From Barthelona sp. PCE (taxonomy: Eukaryota): 64,000 nt of DNA. Both the position numbers and the translations under genes were made by a program. The stretch covers positions 558,001 through 622,000 of the forward strand of contig JAUFOR010000008.1 in NCBI GenBank assembly GCA_040285745.1, written 5' to 3'. Shown piece by piece: positions 49,256 through 58,865 of this stretch (position 1 is its first letter; the number at the start of each line of letters is the position of its first letter). The notes under the pieces were generated by a model that was not told where the DNA came from, searched no databases, and saw only the letters and a list, made by a program, of their open reading frames with translations.

Positions 49256-50650
49256 CTAATCAAAATAAAAAGGAGTCTCCAGTGCCGCCATTATTTCATT
49301 CTTTCCACCATCGTAAGCGGGGGCGCTTCCTGCATCCATTCTTCGCACATCATCTGAGCTGAAGTCGAACTCCACATTGGGTCTTGCAAACAGCGGTTCC
49401 ACCCATCGAGTACACGACTGTAGCTCAATACGTGACACTTGGACGAACTCTGGTGCGAGTACCCGGTTTCTTGGGGTAAATAGTGTTATCGGACGCATAC
49501 ATGCTACATCAAGATCATCTTCAGTGTTTTCGCCAAAAACAACAAGCTTGCGCCCGTATACCTTGAACAGTTGATGGGGATCGGCGAGGAAGAAGTTGTT
49601 GAGGCATGCGCGGGCGGGGACAGATGGAAGAGACGCCTTAAATTTAGTTACACGCTCGACTCCGGTTTCAGAAAGCAAGTCGAAAACATGCACTGTTCCA
49701 CCAGACATTGAGCTCAACAAGAGGTAACGATCCATTGAGTGGAACTCAAGCCCTATTGGGGTGTTAACTGTAACTCCTCTTACCAGAACACGGGGTTTGA
49801 CAAAGGAAAGCTTTGATGTTTGAATCTCAAAAGAAAGATCACAAACAACAACATAACGTGCAGTAGACTCAACAAAAGCAACCATATTAGCCAAACGACT
49901 GAATGCTATCATGCAGATATCAAAACCAGGAACACCTATGGCGTTACATAAACACGCTCTCTGCAGATCATACACAAATATAACATCATTTTCGGTTGTT
50001 TCCCGCTCGTTATCGGTAACAAGTCGTTTCAACTGAGAAACACCACTGTCAATCAGGCTGAAAACATTCAGGCTTGTTGATACCTTAAAGTCAACAGTTT
50101 CGGCTGATACGTGCGCTTCTGGGCCAGAAAACAGCAGAAAACGATCGCCCACAGTAACGCGATGGTCCACACTACGGATGTTGGTTCGAAAATCGTTAAT
50201 GTGGAAAGTAAAGTCCATAGCCTCTCGGTTAAGTACCATGAGAGATGTCTCTGTGATAAATACGACATATTTGTTTGAAGAACAAACATCAACAACGAGC
50301 TTTCTCCGCGATACATTAAAAATCACCTGCCTTTCAATTAAAGAGTAAATGGTGGCCTGTTGCTTGGATGAGCTGTTAAATACGAGGCATATATCCAGGT
50401 TGTCAACCGATTTCGAGGGCAAGACACGGACTAAAGATAGATTTGGAGCCTCAATGCTTATGAGGCGAGCAAGCCCTTCGAAACGCTCGCTGTTTCCATA
50501 CTCTGGATCGTACAGCACATTAAGCGTGTGATTTTCATAAACAAAGACCAAATAAGGAATGGTTTGATGCGTTGTTGTCTGTGTTAAGGCCCAATAGCTC
50601 GTTTGGGTAAACTGAGGCGCCTTTGAGGGAGATATAAAATGTGGAAGCAT
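49256..50650 (-). CDS. BCAS3/Atg18-related beta-propeller
   Basis: VGDRFLLF, LVRGVT.....LEF...DRYL..SS..GTVHVFDL and C-terminal SRIELQSC....PLFARPNVEF resemble BCAS3. Confidence 0.65.
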   Translation of the reverse strand: MLPHFISPSKAPQFTQTSYWALTQTTTHQTIPYLVFVYENHTLNVLYDPEYGNSERFEGLARLISIEAPNLSLVRVLPSKSVDNLDICLVFNSSSKQQATIYSLIERQVIFNVSRRKLVVDVCSSNKYVVFITETSLMVLNREAMDFTFHINDFRTNIRSVDHRVTVGDRFLLFSGPEAHVSAETVDFKVSTSLNVFSLIDSGVSQLKRLVTDNERETTENDVIFVYDLQRACLCNAIGVPGFDICMIAFSRLANMVAFVESTARYVVVCDLSFEIQTSKLSFVKPRVLVRGVTVNTPIGLEFHSMDRYLLLSSMSGGTVHVFDLLSETGVERVTKFKASLPSVPARACLNNFFLADPHQLFKVYGRKLVVFGENTEDDLDVACMRPITLFTPRNRVLAPEFVQVSRIELQSCTRWVEPLFARPNVEFDFSSDDVRRMDAGSAPAYDGGKNEIMAALETPFYFD

Positions 50651-50691
50651 AACTACATGCCTGAAATGGGAATAAAAAAAACAATCACTTT

Positions 50692-52977
50692 TTACACAAC
50701 AATGTCAATTCTCTCGTTAATTTCCTTCAGATCATCGACCTCATCCTCGATCTCTTCTTCACAGCCTCCACATTCAAGCTGCAGTTCAGTACAATCTGAA
50801 ACAGGACGAGCGTTAATGAAGTTTGTAATGTGCTCAAGGGTGACGCTGTCTCCACAGTCGCGCACTGAAAGGCTCTTGAGGTTCACCAGAGGGGCAAGCT
50901 GTACAAGTGAAGCTCCGTCAAGACCCAAAATCTTAGCGAGAGTGAGTGACTCAAGGTTAGTACATTCGGCGGCTGCATCTACAACAGCACTGGAACACTC
51001 CGTTCCCTCAACGTTGACGAGCATGATGGTTTCTCTAGCAATCTCAAGGATAGGGACGACGCTTGTCTCTGTGATCGAAGGACATCCATCAAGTTGGATA
51101 TCGACGAGCGCAGATGCGAATGGTCCAGATGCGAGCTTGGAAACACCCTCATCGGTGATGTCTTCATTGTTTGAAAGATCAACGTGCGTTAACCCAGTGA
51201 TCTTTGATAGGTGATCAAGTGCTTCATCCTCAACAGAACACCATTCGAGAACAATGTGGCGCAGGGGACACGAAACAAGCTTGGAAAGAATGGTCTCGTT
51301 GAGAGTAAGGCCAGAGAGGTTCAGCTTCTCAAGATGCTTCATATTAGAGAGAATCTTGACCAGCTCCTTTGCTATGCACGACAGTTCCTTAACGTTGAGC
51401 TCCTTAAGCAGGGACAGCTCTGAAATGATTGGTGCACACATTGTTGTGAGACGATTGAGCTGGCTGATATCCAACACTTGCATCTGTCCGACAAAGGGCT
51501 CGAGAGCGGCGTCAAGGAAGGCGTCATCGAGCTTTGTGCAGAGACCCACTCGCAGCTCGTTGAGCATGCCTGCTGAGTTGATCGAGTTAAGGACATCATC
51601 CGCTGTAAAGTTCTTACAACGAGAAATGTTGAGTGATGTGAGGCGATCACTCATCTCAATTAAACCATCATTAAGGACACCACTGATATCAGGGCATCCC
51701 TCAAGATTGACCTGCGATAAGTTCTCAAAAAGAGACATAATTGCAAGCACTGCCTCATCAGTCATCCAAACGTAAGAAAGATCAATACCAACAACCTTCT
51801 CACATTGGAACTTCCACTCTGTGGGTTCGTCCGTCTTGTGGGCGACGTTGGAGAACAAGAGACGGGAAACACCTCCATCTCCGATAGCGAAGGAAACATC
51901 GTCGTCAACATCTTCGTAATCGATAGAATCGTAATCACCTTCGAACTTGGCGTAGTCAATGGTGAACAGAACACGTGTCTTATCCTCCAGCGTGAGGTAG
52001 ATGACATGATCCTCGTCCTCAGCATCTCTCCAGTTACAGACAACCTCAAAGGCTGACTCCCGCTCGACATCATCGATAACACGGCATCTAGGGAAGGCAT
52101 CCTCCCACTCATACTCCTCGTCCTCTCCCTTGTAGACGACGAACTTGAAGTAGAAGTACTCGGGCGCAGCGTTCATTGTGCCGCTGAACACACCGTAGTC
52201 TTCACCTTCCTCCAGCTCGAGAGCACCTTCTACGTCCCATTCACCGAGTTCAGGAATAGAACCGACAACAAAGAGACGATCTCCGTCGTCAACATCGATG
52301 GGTGCGCCATTAACCTCGAAATAAACAGTGTTGGCACCTGACTCGTCAACTTCATCCTCGCCTAAGTCAATAGGTTCGTCAAAATCAACATCCTCGAACT
52401 CCTCAACGGGTTCCTCGGGCATCTCAATGTCTGACATCTCCATATCCTCTGGCTCTTCGTTCAGGAGTTCCTCCATCTTTTCAAGTTCTTCCTTTGCCTG
52501 TAACTCTGCTGACTCGTCCAGCTCCTCAATGGGCTTAATCTTAACCTTGAATCCACGCTCACTTGACACACGTGCTAGCTCATAGATGGTTGTGATAACA
52601 GCGCGTTTGTTGGTAGCTTCATACAATTGACTTGTATCAAAGACTTGTGACTCATGAACTCCCAATTTAACGCATGCTTCGCAGAACATAGTAATGTTCT
52701 CCATCTGCATGAAGGGCATGCTCATCTTGTGAACCCTCTTAATAATCTTGGGCTGAATCTTATTGGCTAAGGAACAAATGATCTGTCCATTGCGAAGAGA
52801 CTCCATCAATGGAAGATCGATCTCTGTCTCGAGTACAAGCTCCATCCAACTGTGAACGCTAGCCTCGAGCAGCGCAAGATCCGCTTCTTGTGTTGCGGAG
52901 ATAACGTCAGAGCCTGTACCAACCATCTTAGAGCGCTCAACGCGACCAATAGCCTTTAATTTACGCTTGGGTGCCAT
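50692..52977 (-). CDS. Calponin-homology + CBM20 + LRR (AMN1/FBXL-type) acidic protein
   Basis: LRNGQIICSLANKIQP...PFMQMENITMF...FDTSQLYE (CH); LFVVGSIPELGEWD..GAL.L...FKFV...EWE (CBM20); LTHVDLSNNEDITDEGV (LRR). Confidence 0.85.
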   Translation of the reverse strand: MAPKRKLKAIGRVERSKMVGTGSDVISATQEADLALLEASVHSWMELVLETEIDLPLMESLRNGQIICSLANKIQPKIIKRVHKMSMPFMQMENITMFCEACVKLGVHESQVFDTSQLYEATNKRAVITTIYELARVSSERGFKVKIKPIEELDESAELQAKEELEKMEELLNEEPEDMEMSDIEMPEEPVEEFEDVDFDEPIDLGEDEVDESGANTVYFEVNGAPIDVDDGDRLFVVGSIPELGEWDVEGALELEEGEDYGVFSGTMNAAPEYFYFKFVVYKGEDEEYEWEDAFPRCRVIDDVERESAFEVVCNWRDAEDEDHVIYLTLEDKTRVLFTIDYAKFEGDYDSIDYEDVDDDVSFAIGDGGVSRLLFSNVAHKTDEPTEWKFQCEKVVGIDLSYVWMTDEAVLAIMSLFENLSQVNLEGCPDISGVLNDGLIEMSDRLTSLNISRCKNFTADDVLNSINSAGMLNELRVGLCTKLDDAFLDAALEPFVGQMQVLDISQLNRLTTMCAPIISELSLLKELNVKELSCIAKELVKILSNMKHLEKLNLSGLTLNETILSKLVSCPLRHIVLEWCSVEDEALDHLSKITGLTHVDLSNNEDITDEGVSKLASGPFASALVDIQLDGCPSITETSVVPILEIARETIMLVNVEGTECSSAVVDAAAECTNLESLTLAKILGLDGASLVQLAPLVNLKSLSVRDCGDSVTLEHITNFINARPVSDCTELQLECGGCEEEIEDEVDDLKEINERIDIVV

Positions 52978-53141
52978 AGTAAGGAATAGAATGCGAAAAA
53001 AAACTGTAAAACAACAATTTCCTTCAATAAGATAACTCTTCTTTATTTAAGACATTTGATGTTCCATTTATAACTCAAAACTAACAATCAATATATAAAA
53101 ATGATAACTTGCACCTCACTAAGTCCAGTCGTCTATTATAT

Positions 53142-54338
53142 CTACATCAGATAGCCGTTCTCATCCTCGATATAAATTCTTTCATGTTCAGGACTTACAT
53201 CATCTTGCCATTCATCTTCAGATGTTGAAAAAGATGAAAAATGATCAACGTCAGAATTATCTAAAACTGGTATGGCTATGGAAACTGGATCCGTATTCAT
53301 CCCATACAGCTGCGTGAAGGATTCCTCAAAGGATTCTGCTGTCTGAACACCTGGTACTTCTTTAGGTGGCAGTTCCAAGAGTTGGGGAGATTCTGATATC
53401 ACATCTTCCTCCTTCTTGATATATTCGATGAATATTGCTACACCCTGCTCCGAAACATGTGTTGTCTCTGAACTACGATGACTCCACAATGAGTCATGTG
53501 CAGTCCAGAAGGGGCGATCAAAGAATTTCATCTGTATGTCTTGAAACGCCAGCCTTCGCCTCTTAACGTCTTTAAGGGATACTGTGCTACATAAATGGAG
53601 AAATGAGGCTGCAATCAACAATGATATGATGTAACTAATGATACCTAAATATATTGTATTCCAATATGCAAAAATCTTCGAGAAATCAAAAAAGCACAAC
53701 CAAAAATAAATCTTAAGCAGATAACGGCCTTGAGATGTGTTGCAATATAAAAAGATGATATGATATATGCTAATTAAAAGACTATGCTTGCACGTGATAT
53801 ACAAACATGAAAACAATGCAACATACCAGGTTGGAGCATAATAAATCAAACTGAATAGGTCACAGAACCACATCATATTAAGGACCAGCAGGTATCTGTG
53901 GGTGTGAACGAGGAAAGCAGCAGAAAAAGCAACAGAATGCCGATGGTAAATTGTTCCAATTTCTGAATTCTCCGTTTCAAAACGCTCAACCTCATCAAAT
54001 GGTCTTCCTGGTCCCTCAAATAGTATGTTCAGCTTCAGTAGGTACTCAACTATTGAACAGGGAAACAAGTAGATGGGGCGGTAGCGAAAAATCCTATAGA
54101 ACTTGAATAATCCCAAACCAATTAGTTTTTCGCTAGTCATCCTTTGTGGGAATATGCCTATGATCGTAGTTGATATAACTCCAACTATCTGTGTTACGAA
54201 CGGGCCTGAAATAAAGAACAATATGATTATAAACACATAGAAAAGCATAGAAATTATCTCTAAGCCCCTAAATCTATATACAAACAACGCTGACACAACA
54301 ACCAACAAAATAAATATACACTCAATCCAGCTTAGCAT
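53142..54338 (-). CDS. Multi-pass membrane protein, unknown function
   Basis: 398 aa; several hydrophobic stretches and an acidic C-terminal tail. Confidence 0.7.
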   Translation of the reverse strand: MLSWIECIFILLVVVSALFVYRFRGLEIISMLFYVFIIILFFISGPFVTQIVGVISTTIIGIFPQRMTSEKLIGLGLFKFYRIFRYRPIYLFPCSIVEYLLKLNILFEGPGRPFDEVERFETENSEIGTIYHRHSVAFSAAFLVHTHRYLLVLNMMWFCDLFSLIYYAPTWYVALFSCLYITCKHSLLISIYHIIFLYCNTSQGRYLLKIYFWLCFFDFSKIFAYWNTIYLGIISYIISLLIAASFLHLCSTVSLKDVKRRRLAFQDIQMKFFDRPFWTAHDSLWSHRSSETTHVSEQGVAIFIEYIKKEEDVISESPQLLELPPKEVPGVQTAESFEESFTQLYGMNTDPVSIAIPVLDNSDVDHFSSFSTSEDEWQDDVSPEHERIYIEDENGYLM

Positions 54339-55127
54339 TCTTAAGAAAAATTATTCAATAAAACCAAATTTTTTGCTACTTAAACAGTTTTCATTGAAGT
54401 ATTAAAATGATTATACAACCTATATTGTAAATCCTAACAACAAATTTCCTGAAAAGGGATGGAATAGAAAAAACAATAATATCGCTCACATGATGAATTG
54501 TATGTGGTGAAAACCCATTTATGCACCTTATAAATACGGGGAATATCTTAATTTGAGCTAATTAAGAAATAATACAATGTCATTCTCTGAAAAAACAACT
54601 CTTGCCATATATAATATAGTCCGACATGTTTCAATTACTGTATATTGATACTTCCTCTGCTATGAGCACAAATTAACCAACTAATTATTAACTTTCCGAA
54701 AGCAGGCAATAATACTGTTTCAGCACTATGCTGAATATTTACAGTATAAAATATATTGCAAACACTCGTTTTTTACAATAATATACAAGTTAATATTATT
54801 CATTATAAGGTAATATACTTATATGAAAAGAAAAATTATATTCGATCAATCAAAAAACATTAAGGCAGTAGTATAAAATGATATAGATGCAGAGATACTA
54901 AATATGGTACAGAGAACAAATAGTTTAACTGGACACTTGTGAATCTTTTTTTTTTCTTTCGATTTTGTGGTATATTATTTGTGAAAATCAACATATTGTG
55001 GTATAGTTGAAGAACAAACATGAATACAAAACCACGAAAAACATTTGAAATAGCATTTCTGATGATCAGAGTATTTTTTTTTTGCTTTGCTGAGCTTTAC
55101 TTTCAAATTTACTTTACTTTAGTGGTA

Positions 55128-56955
55128 TCAATATTCAAAATGGCCAAAAAAATTAAACGTGTTAATAACTTCACAATCTGTGACTAACTTGAGAATATTC
55201 ATATCTCTTTTTTCAACACTGAATGAATGATTCTCTCTGTTATGCTTCAAGATCTCATACTGTTTGGCACTCATATCTGCATTACAAATGACAACATTGG
55301 ACTGAGGTGAGTGTAAATCGCCGTTGATCATTGGGATATTCAACTGACTTTGAATACAGTTTGTATTAAACTCAAGAATTTTATCTCCATAGACTAATAT
55401 ACTTTCATCAATGAAACAAGTTTTCTGTACTGCATCGAATAAAAAACGTTTGTTTCCCATTCAACACCAAGCATTCCTCACCACAATACGGGTTCTCCAT
55501 TAAGTCATCACATCTTCCTTCAAATATGTGCCGCATAGTTCTAATAACTCCTCCCGATTCTCGATCTAAGACATGGACAGTTAACGTTCCATTGCTTAAG
55601 TACCAAATATAATCACCAACAACTTTCAGTTCTCTCACATTTGTGCTGCTAAATAACTCATCATCATTCACTAACACATAAGCAACATTTTCTGCTGCCC
55701 ATGACGCTGCGAAATGATGGTTACTGAATGATATGTTGCTGTATTGGACAGCCCGTGGCTTTTCAAAGCTGCTAACTCTGCGATTTCCAACGTACATATG
55801 ACAGCTATGAAGATCTGTTGTTATAAAACCTATGTTCCATTTTTTGGTTTCGGCATCGTAAATTCTTCTTGAATCATGTAAAACATGGTCCCTATATTCG
55901 GGAGATGACTGTAATAATGTAATTGAATTGTGGAATGTGTTGAAAATAATAGGAAACTTGACAGAAAACGGAGACATTGATTTATCCACGATAAATGCAT
56001 AGCTCACATCTTTCACGCCCATTGGATAGAAATTTGTTACACCGCTTTCCTCCTTATACTCCGAACAATGAACATCTCCATTCAAGGAGACAAAGTCCCA
56101 TTTGTCGCAAATCACGCAGGGGAGTATGTGATCAATGGTACGGGGAATCGCGATGCCTTCAATGTAGGCGAATTCTATATAATAGTTATGAACAGGTAAC
56201 TCGAAAGGGAGCGGAACTGATTTTTTTTCTCCGTTTTCAACCGAACATGTGAAGTATTCACCGTTTTGCTCAATAAGAAAGTGGTTATCACAGGGTGTCC
56301 TGTCGATACCACGGACCTGAATGTGTTTCAGAGGATGATCGTCAACAACTGTGGGGGATCCATCGGCGGTGAATGCGAACATCCTATTATAAACACATCT
56401 GTTACTACGGAACGCCACAATGTAGGCAATACCATCTTGAACAATATAGTGATAATTGCAAAATTCCATTTGCAACGAGAAAACTGTTCTGCCCTCGTTT
56501 TCCAAGTCTGCTATGCGTAATGACGTTTCAAATGCCCGCTCCTCTTCCCTGCTGATCAAAAACCTCCTGTTCAACAGGGTTCCTTCGAACCGCAAATCAA
56601 ATCAAATATCCACTGAATTAAGTGCCCTGAATTCATCCTCAACGAATTCAAATATTTCAATCCTGCGCTTATAAGACTCTTCTATATCCACACGTGAAGT
56701 TCGGTAGAAGATTGAAGGTTCCAACAATGTTGGCTTCAACATATCACATTTACCATCTCCTGGAGCGGGGTTTGGATTTATAGATGGCCCAAGTATCACA
56801 GAGTCTTTATTTGCGTCAACAAAACACATTTTTCGTGTATTTAAAGACTCATTTTTATGGCAAACAGCAATTTTCCCAGAAAACTCAAAAAATGTGAAAT
56901 TTGAATTCCCAGGTGACACATGTGGTGCACCATCAAAGAAAACAGCCTTCACCAT
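55128..56955 (-). pseudogene. Disrupted gene of about 608 codons (in-frame TGA at 56602-56604, frameshift near 55445), unknown beta-rich family
   Basis: ORF 56955-56602 continues in frame through TGA TTT GAT into ORF 56595-55408, which overlaps ORF 55460-55128 in a shifted frame. Confidence 0.65.
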
Positions 56956-57125
56956 GAAATTTTGGTTTTGTGAAAGGTGATATAAAGAAAAACAGAATGT
57001 TTGGAAACAATTTCTAAAATTGCGTGTATTGGAAATCGCCGACGCGAGTTGTCCAATCTTTACTTATGGGATTCGGGTTATGCTATACTGACTAATTATA
57101 GGAAGAGGTATAAGCAAAGCAGGGC

Positions 57126-58493
57126 CTAACTATCAAGTGAAAGAAAACCAATATTGCGATCAATGGCATTCATCATCTTTTCCACCAAAACTTTCTGCTC
57201 GTTCACCTCCTCTTTCAGTGTATTGTGCTCAGTCTGCAAGATACTATACGCTTTCCTTTGCGAGTCAAGCTGCTGTTGCATCTCGTTGATCAAAATCTGC
57301 ATATCTATTAGGTTGCCTTTGCATATGTAGTCACGACCAAAACCATCTTCTTTGGTCCATTCAAGCATCATAATCTTCTCATCTTCGAACTCAACCCTGT
57401 ACAGAATGTCACTCTCTTTTGATACCTTTTTAACAATCCCATTATGTGAACTAAAAATTTTTTCCTTTCTATTTGATACTTGAATAACGCAAGTTGTAAA
57501 AAAAACCATATCCTGAAAGGCCAAACATGGTACTAGTGATGCGTTATCTGTGATAAAATTTGTGTTTTGATATAGCAGTGATCCAAAACATGTGTTTATC
57601 CAGACTAAACCGTTTTTAGGAACATCATAAACAATTTGCCCCCCGACAAAGTACTGAGGAATACGAGAAAGTTGCTGTCTCTGTCGTATTCCCATTAAAT
57701 GAGCGTGTTTCTGATGATGTTCACAAACAACAAAGTGTTTTTCATCAGCAGTAATGTGGACTGAACTTACGCTGTAGTGATTTGATTCAAATCCCCAAAC
57801 ACACCGCCTGGATGAGCGGTCGAATAGCAGAAGCTCAACTCTGTTAACACATAAAAGGAACTTTTCCGAAATCGCAACCCAGTATTGAGAGTAACCCACT
57901 GTTTTTGTGCCAGACATGGTGTATTTCTCCACATCACCACTCCCAATAGGGCATAACTCATACACTGTTGTTTTTTCATGGTATAGAGTTTTAATACTCA
58001 GCGAAAAAATCGTCTCATTGATATTGTGCACGGAAGCATAATTGTTTCCGACTTTAACGAGCTTATCATCCTCAGGGGTACGGGTGTACAGCCAGTCATT
58101 ACTGAGGAAAGCGAATATTGATGGTGTGACAGCTGCCTGTGTAACTTCGAATACATCTTCCTCTACGAATAACCGATCACCTGAGACCAATTCAATAACC
58201 ATGACCTGTGAGGCCTCATAGTTATGCACGACAAGAAGTGTCCCGTCGTGATTAAGGTGAATGAACTCTATTGATTCACACTCTATTTCATGCTGTATTG
58301 TTTCGCTTGCCGTGTCAAACACTTTGACACTTATATTGTCGGCGATTGCCACTGTTGATTCATCGGCTGAAATACAGCTTAGTGAGAAATGTCTAGTGTT
58401 GGGAATCGTTATGGTCCTAGTATCTAATGATCCATTGTTTACCGATTGCTTCACATATGCAGCAAGCCCTTCAACTTTAAAAATATTTAACAT
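57126..58493 (-). CDS. Beta-propeller-like protein with a C-terminal coiled coil
   Basis: ISADESTVAIA...VKVFD, LNHDGTLLVV, ITADEKHFVV; heptad-rich C-terminus. Confidence 0.7.
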   Translation of the reverse strand: MLNIFKVEGLAAYVKQSVNNGSLDTRTITIPNTRHFSLSCISADESTVAIADNISVKVFDTASETIQHEIECESIEFIHLNHDGTLLVVHNYEASQVMVIELVSGDRLFVEEDVFEVTQAAVTPSIFAFLSNDWLYTRTPEDDKLVKVGNNYASVHNINETIFSLSIKTLYHEKTTVYELCPIGSGDVEKYTMSGTKTVGYSQYWVAISEKFLLCVNRVELLLFDRSSRRCVWGFESNHYSVSSVHITADEKHFVVCEHHQKHAHLMGIRQRQQLSRIPQYFVGGQIVYDVPKNGLVWINTCFGSLLYQNTNFITDNASLVPCLAFQDMVFFTTCVIQVSNRKEKIFSSHNGIVKKVSKESDILYRVEFEDEKIMMLEWTKEDGFGRDYICKGNLIDMQILINEMQQQLDSQRKAYSILQTEHNTLKEEVNEQKVLVEKMMNAIDRNIGFLSLDS

Positions 58494-58664
58494 GGAGTGA
58501 GATGGGTGTTTTTTATGTTTTCAAATTTTTCTTGCAACCGATCCTCAAGATCCCAGATTGATGAACAATTAGAGAATGGAACACGAAGCAGGGTTGAATT
58601 TGCTTAGTTCACTTATATCAAGGTTTCCTATTTTCTTTTGTATATTTTATACCTATTTATTAGT

Positions 58665-58802
58665 ATCGAGAGTCGGATTTGTGGACTTCCGCACACCGAC
58701 CTCGGTGACCCCTTCGTGGCACCATACCCAAACTTAGATCTCTGTAAATCATCAAAGTTTCAGGCTTTACTACCGCTGCATATAAGGGAAGGAACTATGG
58801 TG
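58665..58802. ncRNA. Candidate structured non-coding RNA, family unknown
   Basis: GC-richer island in an AT-rich spacer with nested stems atcgag/ctcggt, gtcgg/ccgac, tgtgg/ccgca, caccata/tatggtg, aaactt/aagttt. Confidence 0.35.
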
Positions 58803-58865
58803 AATCAACAAGATGAATAAATTGTTTATTAATACTGTTTTTTGTGGAATTACACATTCTGATGA

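Noticed and set aside
55058-55070. CTGATGA as a hammerhead core (also at about 58859)
   Set aside because: No stem II followed by GAAA and no stems I/III.
55441-55460. GGGAAAC and TTTTTTA as -1 slippery sites
   Set aside because: Both are phased for a shift out of the downstream frame; joining the ORFs needs +1, so a simple indel is more likely.
56602-56604. TGA as selenocysteine or a reassigned codon
   Set aside because: No SECIS-like hairpin or redox motif seen; TGA ends SmD3 normally, Trp is TGG elsewhere, and the gene has a second lesion.
58735-58775. U6 (ACAGAGA), U2 (GTAGTA) or U5 loop identity for the structured element
   Set aside because: The AGC triad/ISL, U2 flanking sequence and exact GCCTTTTAC loop are missing; only isolated words match.
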